From NCBI GenBank assembly GCA_031367385.1, contig JANLPS010000475.1, positions 1 to 20,043 of the forward strand: a stretch of 20,043 nucleotides of DNA, in the 5' to 3' direction. The position numbers and the translations under genes were made by a program. The notes under the pieces were generated by a model that was not told the DNA's origin, ran no database searches, and saw only the letters and a list, made by a program, of their open reading frames with translations. Of this stretch, positions 7,891 to 16,033 are shown in pieces (position 1 is the first letter of the stretch; each line of letters begins with the position of its first letter). Source of the stretch: Archangium sp. (GTDB lineage: Bacteria > Myxococcota > Myxococcia > Myxococcales > Myxococcaceae).

Positions 7891-9640
7891 GGAGCTCAAG
7901 GTGTGAGGCTTCGTGCTCACCACGAGCGGTCACTCGTTGAGACCCCGTGGCCACCATCGAGGTGAAGACGTCGTTGAAGGGCAGAATCGCGGGGCTCGGG
8001 CCATGCAACTCGCGCGATTCAGGCAGCCGCCAATAGGGCACGAACGGCCAGGCGTGGTGCTCCCAGTGGTACCAGGTGTTGTGCGGAGCGAAGAGCATGC
8101 GCTGCCACCAGGGCATGGTCAGGCGATGGGTGGTCTCGGTGCCGACGTGCTCGGTCCACATCCGCGCCCGATACGCAGCGGGAAACGAGGTGAAGGTGGC
8201 GCCGATCCACATCAGCGGTATCCACTGTTGGTCGAGGGCGGTCACGAGCGAGAACATCACCACCGGCACCAGCAGGGGGCCGATGCGATCGGCTGCGTTC
8301 ACCGGCGGGTACATCAGCCAGAAGCGAAGCACGCGCACGGTGCTCAAGCCTGAGAGGTCGACGAGCACGCCCTTCAGCAGGCCGCGCAGCGTCGTCGGCA
8401 GCGACCAGTAGCGGTCGCTCGAGAGCGCTTTGACCGCGTGCTCGGGGTCGCCCTCGGCGCCGTTCAAGCGATGGTGCGCGAGGTGCCACTTGCGAAAGCT
8501 GCGCGTGGTCTGACTCACCCACCACCCGCACACCGCGTCGCTGATCAAGTCATTGAGCCAGGGCCTCCGCGAGATCGTGAAGTGCGAGGCGTCGTGCAGC
8601 AGAATCATGAACGCGTGGTGTCGGGTGCCAACGATCAAGGCGCCGAGCACATACGAGAGCGGGTGGTTCACCCACCGGGCCAGCGCCATCGTCGCGATGA
8701 TGATCGCCCAATCGCCCGCTGCTCCCCACAGCCATCGAGCCATGCTCGGTTGGTAGAGCGACTTCATCACAGAGGGCTTCGGCGAGCCTCGAAACAGGTT
8801 CGAGCACGCCAGCACCAGCCGCAGCGCCAGCAGGTCGATGCGCTGCGAGCCCGAGAGCGCTGCGCGCCGCGACGCAATCTCCGGAGCCGGTCGCGCAGCC
8901 GCCCCGAGTCGAACCAGGCCAAAGTTGAGCGGCCCGGTCGTCTCGACGCGCGCCGCGTCGCCCCACGTCGCGTGCGCGGCGGCCCGCAGCTGGTCGCGAC
9001 CGAACGCGGCGCGCAGCGAGTGCTCATGATCAACCGCGAGCAGCGCTGGCTCACCCTGCATGCCGCGGCCCACCAGGTAGCGAATCGACGCCTCGCCCTT
9101 GAGCGACGTGAAGTCGCACAGACAGACCGTGCCACCGGGCTTGAGCACGCGAGCAATCGCCGCGAAGGTCTGTTCGAGCGCCTTGGTGTCAGCCAGGTGA
9201 TGCAGCGTCAGGCTCGAGACCACGCAGTCGACCGACGCAGCCGCGATCGTTGCCAAGGTGGTCATGTCGTCGTGTCGCAGCTCGACGTTGCTCAGCCCCA
9301 GCCCCTCACAGTGCGCCCGCCCGGTCGCCAGCATGCCGTGCGAGAAATCGACGCCGATGAAGCGACAGTCGGGCGCGAGCTGAGCCATCAGCGCCAGCTG
9401 GTTCGCCGGCCCACACCCGAGGTCGACCACCGTCGCGCCGGGCGCCATCGCAGTCACCATCTGGCCGCTGCTGAAGAGGTAGTACGCCGCGAGCGGGCCA
9501 TCGACCCGGCCGCCGTGAGCGAAGGCGTGCACGTGGTGGGCATCGCTCATCACCAGGTCGGGCTCCGGTGTTCGGGTGAGGTGCTGCGTCAAGAAGGTCT
9601 CACGCGCCAGGCATCGCAAGAGCTGCATGTCGATGTACAT
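7850..9640 (-). CDS. Fusion protein: N-terminal class I SAM-dependent methyltransferase plus C-terminal membrane fatty-acid-desaturase-family domain
   Basis: GGGGAGG RBS 7 nt before ATG 9640. Methyltransferase motifs VVDLGCGP, IGVDFS, SSLTLHHL and VLKPGG. Desaturase His boxes HDASH, HLAHH and HWEHH with hydrophobic segments. One uninterrupted 596-aa frame. Confidence 0.88.
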   Translation of the reverse strand: MYIDMQLLRCLARETFLTQHLTRTPEPDLVMSDAHHVHAFAHGGRVDGPLAAYYLFSSGQMVTAMAPGATVVDLGCGPANQLALMAQLAPDCRFIGVDFSHGMLATGRAHCEGLGLSNVELRHDDMTTLATIAAASVDCVVSSLTLHHLADTKALEQTFAAIARVLKPGGTVCLCDFTSLKGEASIRYLVGRGMQGEPALLAVDHEHSLRAAFGRDQLRAAAHATWGDAARVETTGPLNFGLVRLGAAARPAPEIASRRAALSGSQRIDLLALRLVLACSNLFRGSPKPSVMKSLYQPSMARWLWGAAGDWAIIIATMALARWVNHPLSYVLGALIVGTRHHAFMILLHDASHFTISRRPWLNDLISDAVCGWWVSQTTRSFRKWHLAHHRLNGAEGDPEHAVKALSSDRYWSLPTTLRGLLKGVLVDLSGLSTVRVLRFWLMYPPVNAADRIGPLLVPVVMFSLVTALDQQWIPLMWIGATFTSFPAAYRARMWTEHVGTETTHRLTMPWWQRMLFAPHNTWYHWEHHAWPFVPYWRLPESRELHGPSPAILPFNDVFTSMVATGSQRVTARGEHEASHLELRQRGGGRGGAGDG

Positions 9641-9717
9641 GGGCGAGCCTCCCCGGCGCCCAAGAACTTACGTGCCTCAGCGCGGTCTGTCGCCTTGGTT
9701 GAGTCTTCGACGCTCCG

Positions 9718-9791
9718 GTTGCACCTTGAATTCGAACAGGTGGGTGCAACGCCGACAGCGGGGCCCCTGGCACGCGTGCCAAAGGCTGTCG
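9718..9791 (-). other. Two adjacent stem-loops in the kinase / methyltransferase-desaturase intergenic region (possible terminator or RNA-stability element)
   Basis: GTTGCACC (9718-9725) pairs with GGTGCAAC (9743-9750). CGACAGC (9753-9759) pairs with GCTGTCG (9785-9791), enclosing the perfect palindrome TGGCACGCGTGCCA (9768-9781). No U-tract follows. Confidence 0.5.
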
Positions 9792-9792
9792 C

Positions 9793-11370
9793 TCAGAACG
9801 GGGTGACCGCCACGTTGGCCGTGGCCGCCGCGCCCTGCTCAGTCGACCCGTGCGGCCGCGGTGGCAGGCTCGGCGCCACCAGCGCCAGGCCCGCGCTGAC
9901 CCACGTTGCCATCAGGCGGCGCCCCTCGCGCACCTCGAAGGCCTTCGAGTCGAGCATCGCCAGCTGCTGCAGAAACGCGCGCGCCGAATGCGTTCGACCA
10001 GCAACCTCCTTCACCAGCAACCCATCGATCGCCGCGCAGAGCACGGGCGACGTGTCGGGCCGCAAGGTCGAGAGCGGGGGGAGCGGCCGCTCCGACACCG
10101 CCTTGACGATTTCGATGTTGCTCTCGCCGCGAAAGGCCCGCTCTCCGGTGAGCATCTCGAACAGGGTGAGGCCGAGCGCGAACAAATCAGCCTTCGCGTC
10201 GAGCATCTCTCCGCGGAGCTGCTCGGGCGCCGAGTAGGCCAGCTTGCCGCGCATCATGTCAGCCGCGGTGAGGCTCACGGAGTTGACTCCGCGGGCGATG
10301 CCGAAGTCGGCCAGCTTGACGTCGCCGCCGCGCGAGATGAGCACATTGGGTGGGTTCACGTCGCGGTGCACCAGGCCTCCACCGGAGCTCGAGTGCTCGT
10401 GGAGGTGCTGCAGCGCCTCGGCCAGACACCAGGCCACGTACGCCACCGCCATCGGCTCGATCGCCCGCTGCTCCGAGCGCCCCGCCAGGAGCACGTTCTG
10501 CAAGCTGCAGCCATCGACCAGCTCCATCGCCAGAAAGTAGGTCGACCCGTCGGCCCCGAAGTCGAGCACTTGCACCAGGTTGGGGTGCGCGAGCAGCGCG
10601 CCGAGCTCGGCCTCGCGGCGAAAGAGCGCCATCGCCGTCGGGTCTTGTGCGGCTGAAGTGTGAATGCGCTTCACCGCCACTGCTCGCTCGAAGCCTCCCT
10701 CAGGGCAGTAGGTGGCGCGAAACACCTCGGCCATGCCGCCAATGCCGATGCGCTCGCCGAGCACGTACTTGCCGAGCAGGTCTCGGCTTCGTGACTCGAC
10801 CACCAGCCGGCGAATGCGAAACACCAACAGCCCGGTGACGACGGCCATGGCCGGCGCGGTGATGGCGCAAAGCAAGATGGGCAACATCGGGTAGTCACAG
10901 CGATACAGCATCAACACCATGCTGGCCGTGGCGGTGGTCGCGGTGGCGACGATTACCGGCAGCGACATCGAGAGCGAGGCGGCGACGATCAGCGTCGACA
11001 TCATCACCAGGTTCGCCGGCACGTTGTGGTACCGCAGCTCGCCCAGCGGCCCGAGCTGGAGGTGGTGAATGGCGCTGAGCAAAGGCACATCGACGAAGGC
11101 GACGGCGTACGACGAGATGATCACCGTCTTGGGGAAAGCGAAGATCACCAGCGCGATCACCGCCGCCACGAGGAAATAGAGCCACGCGCCCCAGCGCGAG
11201 ATGGCGATCGCGGGGAGATCGACGTTGAGAAAGAGAAAGAGGAGCGCTCCGACCCCGGTCGCCACCAGCCGAATGATCGTCACCCGGTGGGCGTTGAGTC
11301 GGCGCTCATTGAGAATGACCTCATTGAGGGCCGCCCGCGCTGCTGATGAGGTGCTCGCCGGCTCGGCCAC
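9793..11370 (-). CDS. Ser/Thr protein kinase with N-terminal multi-pass membrane domain
   Basis: About 5-6 hydrophobic segments in the first ~185 aa, followed by GIGGMAEV, VAVK, HRDVNPPN, DFG and GKLAYSAPE. Confidence 0.92.
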   Translation of the reverse strand: MAEPASTSSAARAALNEVILNERRLNAHRVTIIRLVATGVGALLFLFLNVDLPAIAISRWGAWLYFLVAAVIALVIFAFPKTVIISSYAVAFVDVPLLSAIHHLQLGPLGELRYHNVPANLVMMSTLIVAASLSMSLPVIVATATTATASMVLMLYRCDYPMLPILLCAITAPAMAVVTGLLVFRIRRLVVESRSRDLLGKYVLGERIGIGGMAEVFRATYCPEGGFERAVAVKRIHTSAAQDPTAMALFRREAELGALLAHPNLVQVLDFGADGSTYFLAMELVDGCSLQNVLLAGRSEQRAIEPMAVAYVAWCLAEALQHLHEHSSSGGGLVHRDVNPPNVLISRGGDVKLADFGIARGVNSVSLTAADMMRGKLAYSAPEQLRGEMLDAKADLFALGLTLFEMLTGERAFRGESNIEIVKAVSERPLPPLSTLRPDTSPVLCAAIDGLLVKEVAGRTHSARAFLQQLAMLDSKAFEVREGRRLMATWVSAGLALVAPSLPPRPHGSTEQGAAATANVAVTPF

Positions 11371-11426
11371 CCCCGCCGTATAGCAACGCTCGCCTGGTCT
11401 GCAACGATCGCGAGCCGGCGCTTGGC

Positions 11427-11819
11427 TTAGCCGGTCGGCACTTTGAACCCAGCGAGCGCTTTGCAGAATTCGCCGAGGCGGTCGTACGGCACGCGCAAGA
11501 CGAGCTGGGTCTTGGTCGCGGTGGCTTCAACGCCTTCGACGGCGGCTTCCTTCACGGCAGCGACGGCGGCCTTCGCAGCCGGTGACTGCTTTACACGCTT
11601 CGGGCGGCCACTGAGCTGGCCAATGGCCTCGAGCAGGTCTTCACGGGTCGCGGTCTCGAGGGTGCGGGTGACGGTCTTCTCGCCGTCTTTGAATTGAATC
11701 TTGAGCTCCTCGAAGTCGATGGCGCCCCGGTTTGGTATTCTTGTGCCAGGCGACGGCATCGGCAGCCGAAGCAGCCGCGAGCGTTTGAAGTCACGGAATG
11801 TGGCGCGTGGCGTCTCCAC
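11427..11819 (-). pseudogene. Hypothetical protein, probably a 5'-truncated gene fragment (coding-like from ~11730 to 11427)
   Basis: Codons mostly end in G/C from RGAIDFEELK to the TAA. The codons just upstream (ACA AGA ATA CCA) are atypical and there is no clear RBS. A paralogous remnant at 7836-7890 supports the frame. Confidence 0.5.
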
Positions 11820-11893
11820 GTTGGTGTGCGAGGGATATTCACAGGCTGCGATATCTTATTTTCTGCGAAGCAACTTCGGAGGGTTACGCGACC

Positions 11894-11934
11894 ACCCAAT
11901 TCTGGAATTGGGTAAGTGCAATTCTAGAATTGGG
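11894..11934. promoter_or_regulatory. Tandem palindromic operator-like site, CAATTC-N2-GAATTG twice
   Basis: ACCCAATTC-TG-GAATTGGGT (11894-11913) and CAATTC-TA-GAATTG (11919-11932). The 16-mer CAATTCTRGAATTGGG repeats at 22-bp spacing in an AT-richer divergent intergenic region. Confidence 0.6.
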
Positions 11935-12159
11935 ACTTCGCTCGAGTACGTGCCGCCCTGAGCAGCGCGCCAGAGCTGAGCCAGTCGTGCGAGAGCGCTT
12001 CACAGCCTCCCAGGTCGTGACTGCTCCCTCGGTCACAGGCGCACGAAGGTCTCAACGTGGCGCTTCAGTCGCTGTCTTGCCCGGCGTGGCAGGTGCGACG
12101 GGCTGGGTACGCGAGCTGCAGCGCATCGTTGAACACGCGGCAGGTACCAGGAGCCCCCC

Positions 12160-13065
12160 ATGAAAGCAGTCGTTCTGAACGCATACGGTGACGTGAGCAA
12201 ACTCGAGTTCAAAGACTTCCCCGACCCGCGGGTTGGAGCCAACGAAATCAAAGTTCGAATGGCGGGCGCCGGCCTCAACCCCATTGATTGGAAGCTCAGA
12301 AGCGGAGCCTACCAGACGATGATGCCGCTCGACCTGCCTGCGGTACTGGGTCGAGATGTCTCGGGCACCGTCGTCGAGATCGGCACGGGAGTGACTCGGT
12401 TCAAAGTGGGCGATCGCGTGATGGGGTTGGTGATGGGCGGCTACGCGGAGCTCGTGGTCGCAGCCACCGACGCCTGGGCCGCGGTACCCCCGAAGATGGA
12501 CTTGGTTGATGCTGCCGCCTTGCCGCTGGTGCTGCTGACGGGTGCACAGCTCATCGACGAAGCGCTCCAACCCAAGAAGGGTGACGTCGTGCTCGTGACG
12601 GGTGCTTCGGGCGGCGTCGGGAGAACGGCCGTCTTTGCTGCGAAAGCTCGGGGCGCAAGTGTGTGGGCTGCGGTTCGAGGTGCCCACACGGCTGAAGCCG
12701 CCACACTGGGGGCCGCTGGGGTCGTCTCGCTCGACGATGACGCAGACATCGCCCGCTTGCCGCTTCTCGATGGCATTGCAGATACCGTCGGTGGGCCGAC
12801 CATCGCCAAGCTGCTGAGCAAAATGAAGCCAAGTGGCACCGTCGCCAGCGTCGTGGGCGAGCCTGCCGGTGCCAAAGCCCTCGGCCTCATCGTGCACGCC
12901 ATGATGACGCACCCAGATGCCGATCGACTCGGCACGCTTGCGCAAGCGGTGGCGGCCGGTGAGCTCGTGATTCCCATCGCCAGGAGGTTTCCGCTGGCGG
13001 AGGCACGCGCTGCTCAGACGCTTGCAGAGCATCATGCTGGCGGCAAGGTGTTGTTGACACCGTAA
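12160..13065 (+). CDS. NADP-dependent oxidoreductase, MDR / quinone oxidoreductase (zeta-crystallin-like) family
   Basis: AGGAG RBS. Motifs MKAV..YG, GLNPIDWK, LGRDVSG, FKVGDRV, GGYAE, VTGASGGVG (Rossmann) and C-terminal GKVLL. The protein has no Cys, so it lacks the usual Zn ligands. Confidence 0.93.
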   Translation: MKAVVLNAYGDVSKLEFKDFPDPRVGANEIKVRMAGAGLNPIDWKLRSGAYQTMMPLDLPAVLGRDVSGTVVEIGTGVTRFKVGDRVMGLVMGGYAELVVAATDAWAAVPPKMDLVDAAALPLVLLTGAQLIDEALQPKKGDVVLVTGASGGVGRTAVFAAKARGASVWAAVRGAHTAEAATLGAAGVVSLDDDADIARLPLLDGIADTVGGPTIAKLLSKMKPSGTVASVVGEPAGAKALGLIVHAMMTHPDADRLGTLAQAVAAGELVIPIARRFPLAEARAAQTLAEHHAGGKVLLTP

Positions 13066-13117
13066 GTCCTCAAGATTTTTCGTGGTTCGATGAGCCGACG
13101 GCGGCAGAAGCAGCCCG

Positions 13118-14014
13118 TCACTCCGGCTTCCACGTAAAGGGGAAGCGCTCGGTCGCTGGCGTGGGCTCGATCAGGTCGAACTTTCTGACGTCGATCTCGA
13201 ACTGGCCGTTGCCCAGGTCGCGCAAGATGTCGACGGGCTTCGCGCCGAAGAGAATGTCGCGGGTTTCGTAGCGGCGGCGGCCCGAGACGACCTGGTGGGT
13301 CACTTCATCGAAGCCAAAGACCGAGAGCGCCGCCTCGATCTCCTGGGTGACCGCGCCTTCGGGCGTGAGGCCGTTGAGCGGGCTGTCGGCGTCGATGACG
13401 TGCATCACGTTCCACGCGCGAGAGAGCGACATGGCGCGGTTTCGCACCAGCTTCACCTCGGTGCTGCGGTAGAGCGTCGCCCCCTCGAGCGTGGTCGTGG
13501 TTTTGATGAGGTCGAGCCGAATCTCGGCGTTGATGACTGCGTCGTGCCGGTCGTTGCCAATGCGGGCCATCAACGTGGGCACGCCGTCGACTTGGGTGAT
13601 GACCAGCCGAGACGTGAAGATGATCGACGAACGCGGCTGCGAGAAGCGTTGAAAGACCAGGCCGGTCGCCAAGGCGGTGATCAGCAGGCCCACGATGGCC
13701 TCGCTGGTCACGAGCGTATTGGCCGCGCGCGAGGCCGGGTACATGTCTCCGTACCCGATGGTGGCCATCGTCTGCACGCTGAAGAAGAATGCGTCTTCGA
13801 AGGAGTCAGGGCGCGCGTGCATGACGCCTCCGAGCTTGAGGTAGGCGAGGGCGTAGAGCGCATTGCCGAGCAGAAAGATCGCGGTGACCACGCCAAGCAC
13901 GGCGTACCAAGGCGCCTTGACGAGCCATTGATAGCTGTCGCGCAGCGGGTGGGGCGTGACACCGATGATCGACACTTCGTCGCCGTAAGCCTTGCTCTTC
14001 ACCCGAAACGCCAT
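13118..14014 (-). CDS. Inward-rectifier potassium channel (KirBac family)
   Basis: Pore and filter FFFSVQTMATIGYGDMYP, two TM helices, then RFSQP..IIFT and GVPTLMARIGNDR, typical of the Kir cytoplasmic domain. Confidence 0.93.
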   Translation of the reverse strand: MAFRVKSKAYGDEVSIIGVTPHPLRDSYQWLVKAPWYAVLGVVTAIFLLGNALYALAYLKLGGVMHARPDSFEDAFFFSVQTMATIGYGDMYPASRAANTLVTSEAIVGLLITALATGLVFQRFSQPRSSIIFTSRLVITQVDGVPTLMARIGNDRHDAVINAEIRLDLIKTTTTLEGATLYRSTEVKLVRNRAMSLSRAWNVMHVIDADSPLNGLTPEGAVTQEIEAALSVFGFDEVTHQVVSGRRRYETRDILFGAKPVDILRDLGNGQFEIDVRKFDLIEPTPATERFPFTWKPE

Positions 14015-14126
14015 GGGGCGCTTCTATCGGGCGATAAGCGCTCGGGCCACCGCAACGATTCGCCTTGAAGGCCGCGCAGGGGTTGGACAACTCCCGACTT
14101 TTCAGCCTCGCAGGCTCGCCTCAAGC

Positions 14127-15281
14127 TCACGTCGAGACGATGAACGCTTCGTCGCGATACCGGCGCGAGGCCAGCCACCAAAGCCCACCGGCGACGGCGA
14201 GTGTAGGGGCAACCATCAACAGCCATTCGAACGCGACCGGCGCCTCGCCTCGAAGCAACTTCTCGATGAGGCGGCTCTGCGATACCAGCGGCGTCGCCGA
14301 GACCCACAGCGCCTGCTTCGGAGGGTTCATCGCCAACAGCATCACCGACATGGGCAGCATCGTGATGCCGGCGGCTGCGCTCTGCGCTTCTTTGACGCTC
14401 TTCGCACCACCTGCCAGGTAACTGATGAGCGCGGCACCCACGAGCACGAGGGGCATCAGCACCAGCCCGATGGTACCCAGCGTGGCCACCGTGACTGAGG
14501 CCGACGAGCTGCTCAGCTGGAAGCCCACCTCGAGCAGCGACAACGTCACGAAGAGCATCAGCGTGGTGAAGAGGCTGGTCGAGAGCATCTTGCCGCTCAT
14601 CACCACTGAGGGTGAAACGGGGTTCGCCAGCAAGGGCTCGAGCGACTGACGCTCCCGTTCTCCCGCGGTGTTGTCGACCCCTGAAGGAATGCTGCCGACA
14701 AAGACGATCATCATCAACATGAAGGGCAAGAACGTCAGCGCGCGGTTGGCCTGACTGGTCGGCGTCGCGAGGTCGTGCTGCGAGATCGAGACGCCGTTGG
14801 TCACTGACGGCGCCACGCCGCGAGCCAGCAGTCGAGCGGCTCCGACCTGCTGGCCGTAGAGGCGGAGCACTCCAGCGAGTCGTTGGGCCAGCACCGCCGC
14901 CTCGGTTCGGCTGCTGTCGTGAACCAGCTCGACCGTCGCTGGCTGGCTCGCTCGCCAGCGGGTGGCGTAGTCGGGGGCGACGCGCAGAACCAGGTCGACC
15001 TCTTGGTCTCGAACCCGCTGCTCAGGGTCGCCCTTCGATGCAGTCAACGTGATGTTCTGGCTTTGCATGAACGCCACCAGGTTCGGAGCCTGATCGGCAC
15101 CGATGGCCTCGACGGTGATGGGCTCCTCGACGCCCGATGCGCGCTGGCTCATCACGGCGCCCATGCCTTGCACCATGAGCACGGTGAGCAGCGGGCCCGT
15201 CACCAGAGAAAGCATGACTGTTCGGCGATCGCGAAGGAGGTCGGTGAGCTCTTTGCGAATGATGGTGACGAGTGCATTCAT
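14127..15281 (-). CDS. ABC-2 transporter permease, NatB-like
   Basis: N-terminal IIRKELTDLLRDRRT, TM1, a large extracytoplasmic loop, the motif AGERERQSLEPLLANP, KSVKEAQ and several C-terminal TMs. ATGA overlap with the ATPase stop. Confidence 0.9.
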   Translation of the reverse strand: MNALVTIIRKELTDLLRDRRTVMLSLVTGPLLTVLMVQGMGAVMSQRASGVEEPITVEAIGADQAPNLVAFMQSQNITLTASKGDPEQRVRDQEVDLVLRVAPDYATRWRASQPATVELVHDSSRTEAAVLAQRLAGVLRLYGQQVGAARLLARGVAPSVTNGVSISQHDLATPTSQANRALTFLPFMLMMIVFVGSIPSGVDNTAGERERQSLEPLLANPVSPSVVMSGKMLSTSLFTTLMLFVTLSLLEVGFQLSSSSASVTVATLGTIGLVLMPLVLVGAALISYLAGGAKSVKEAQSAAAGITMLPMSVMLLAMNPPKQALWVSATPLVSQSRLIEKLLRGEAPVAFEWLLMVAPTLAVAGGLWWLASRRYRDEAFIVST

Positions 15282-16033
15282 GAGGCGGCTCCGAGTGGCA
15301 TCGATGCTGTGCGAACGGCTGTGACGAAGGCGTCTTCGAGCGTGGCGGCCCCGAGCTGAGCGGTCAGCGCTTGGGTCGAGCCCGAGGCCACGACCGCCCC
15401 CGACGAGATGATCACGATCTGATCACACAGGGCGGCCACCTCTTGCATCACGTGGCTCGAGAGAATGACGCAGCGGCCTTGTGCCTTGAGGTCGAGAATG
15501 AAGTCTCGCAGCGCCCGGGTGGTCATCACGTCGAGGCCGTTGGTGGGCTCGTCGAGAATGACGTTCTTCGGGTCGTGTACCAGCGATCGCGCGATGGCCG
15601 TCTTGGTGCGCTCACCCTGCGAGAAGCCCTCGGTGCGCCGGTCGAGAATGCTCGCCATGCCCAGCGCAGTCGAAAGCGTCTCGATACGGGCGGCGATGCG
15701 CGGGGTGCTCATGCCCTGGAGCCGCCCGAAGTATTCGATGTTCTCCCGAGCCGTCAGCCGCTTGGAGAGGCCGCGGGCGTCGGGCAAGACCCCCAGTCGT
15801 TTTCTGACTTCGTGTTGCTGAAGGACCGAGTCGAGGCCGTCGACCCTGGCTCTGCCTTCGTCAGGGGCCATCAGGGTGCAGAGCATTCGCAAGGTGGTGG
15901 TCTTGCCGGCGCCGTTGGGCCCGAGCAGGCCGGTAATCATGCCGTCGGGCGCGACGAAGCGAACGCCTCGCGCCGCTTTGACGACCCCGGTCTTCGTGAC
16001 GAATGACTTGTGCAGATCGAGTGCTTCAATCAT
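15278..16033 (-). CDS. ABC transporter ATP-binding protein, NatA-like
   Basis: Walker A GPNGAGKTT, signature-like FSQGE, Walker B VILDEP, H-loop SSH. ATG 16033 overlaps the hydrolase stop (ATGA). Confidence 0.93.
   Translation of the reverse strand: MIEALDLHKSFVTKTGVVKAARGVRFVAPDGMITGLLGPNGAGKTTTLRMLCTLMAPDEGRARVDGLDSVLQQHEVRKRLGVLPDARGLSKRLTARENIEYFGRLQGMSTPRIAARIETLSTALGMASILDRRTEGFSQGERTKTAIARSLVHDPKNVILDEPTNGLDVMTTRALRDFILDLKAQGRCVILSSHVMQEVAALCDQIVIISSGAVVASGSTQALTAQLGAATLEDAFVTAVRTASMPLGAAS

Noticed and set aside
7669..7923. 84-aa minus-strand ORF as a real gene
   Set aside because: It overlaps both neighbouring genes. Only ~12 codons resemble the paralogue before a frameshift, so it is treated as a remnant.
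9768..9785. TGGCAC as a sigma-54 -24 element (also at ~11743-11748, minus strand)
   Set aside because: There is no correctly spaced TTGC -12 element at either site.
8438..10237. 599-aa plus-strand ORF, and similar long antisense ORFs at 6386-7726, 12052-13035, 13295-14068 and 18618-19460
   Set aside because: Each lies opposite a better-supported gene, most of which have clear family motifs. Long antisense ORFs are expected at high GC, and these show no recognisable domain.
14015..14040. CCCGATAG upstream of KirBac as a sigma-28-like -10 element
   Set aside because: No matching TAAA -35 element at the expected spacing.
14127..16033. Assigning the symbols natA/natB and a Na+ export function
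   Set aside because: Family resemblance is clear, but substrate and orthology cannot be established from the sequence, and coupling to a peptidase suggests another role.
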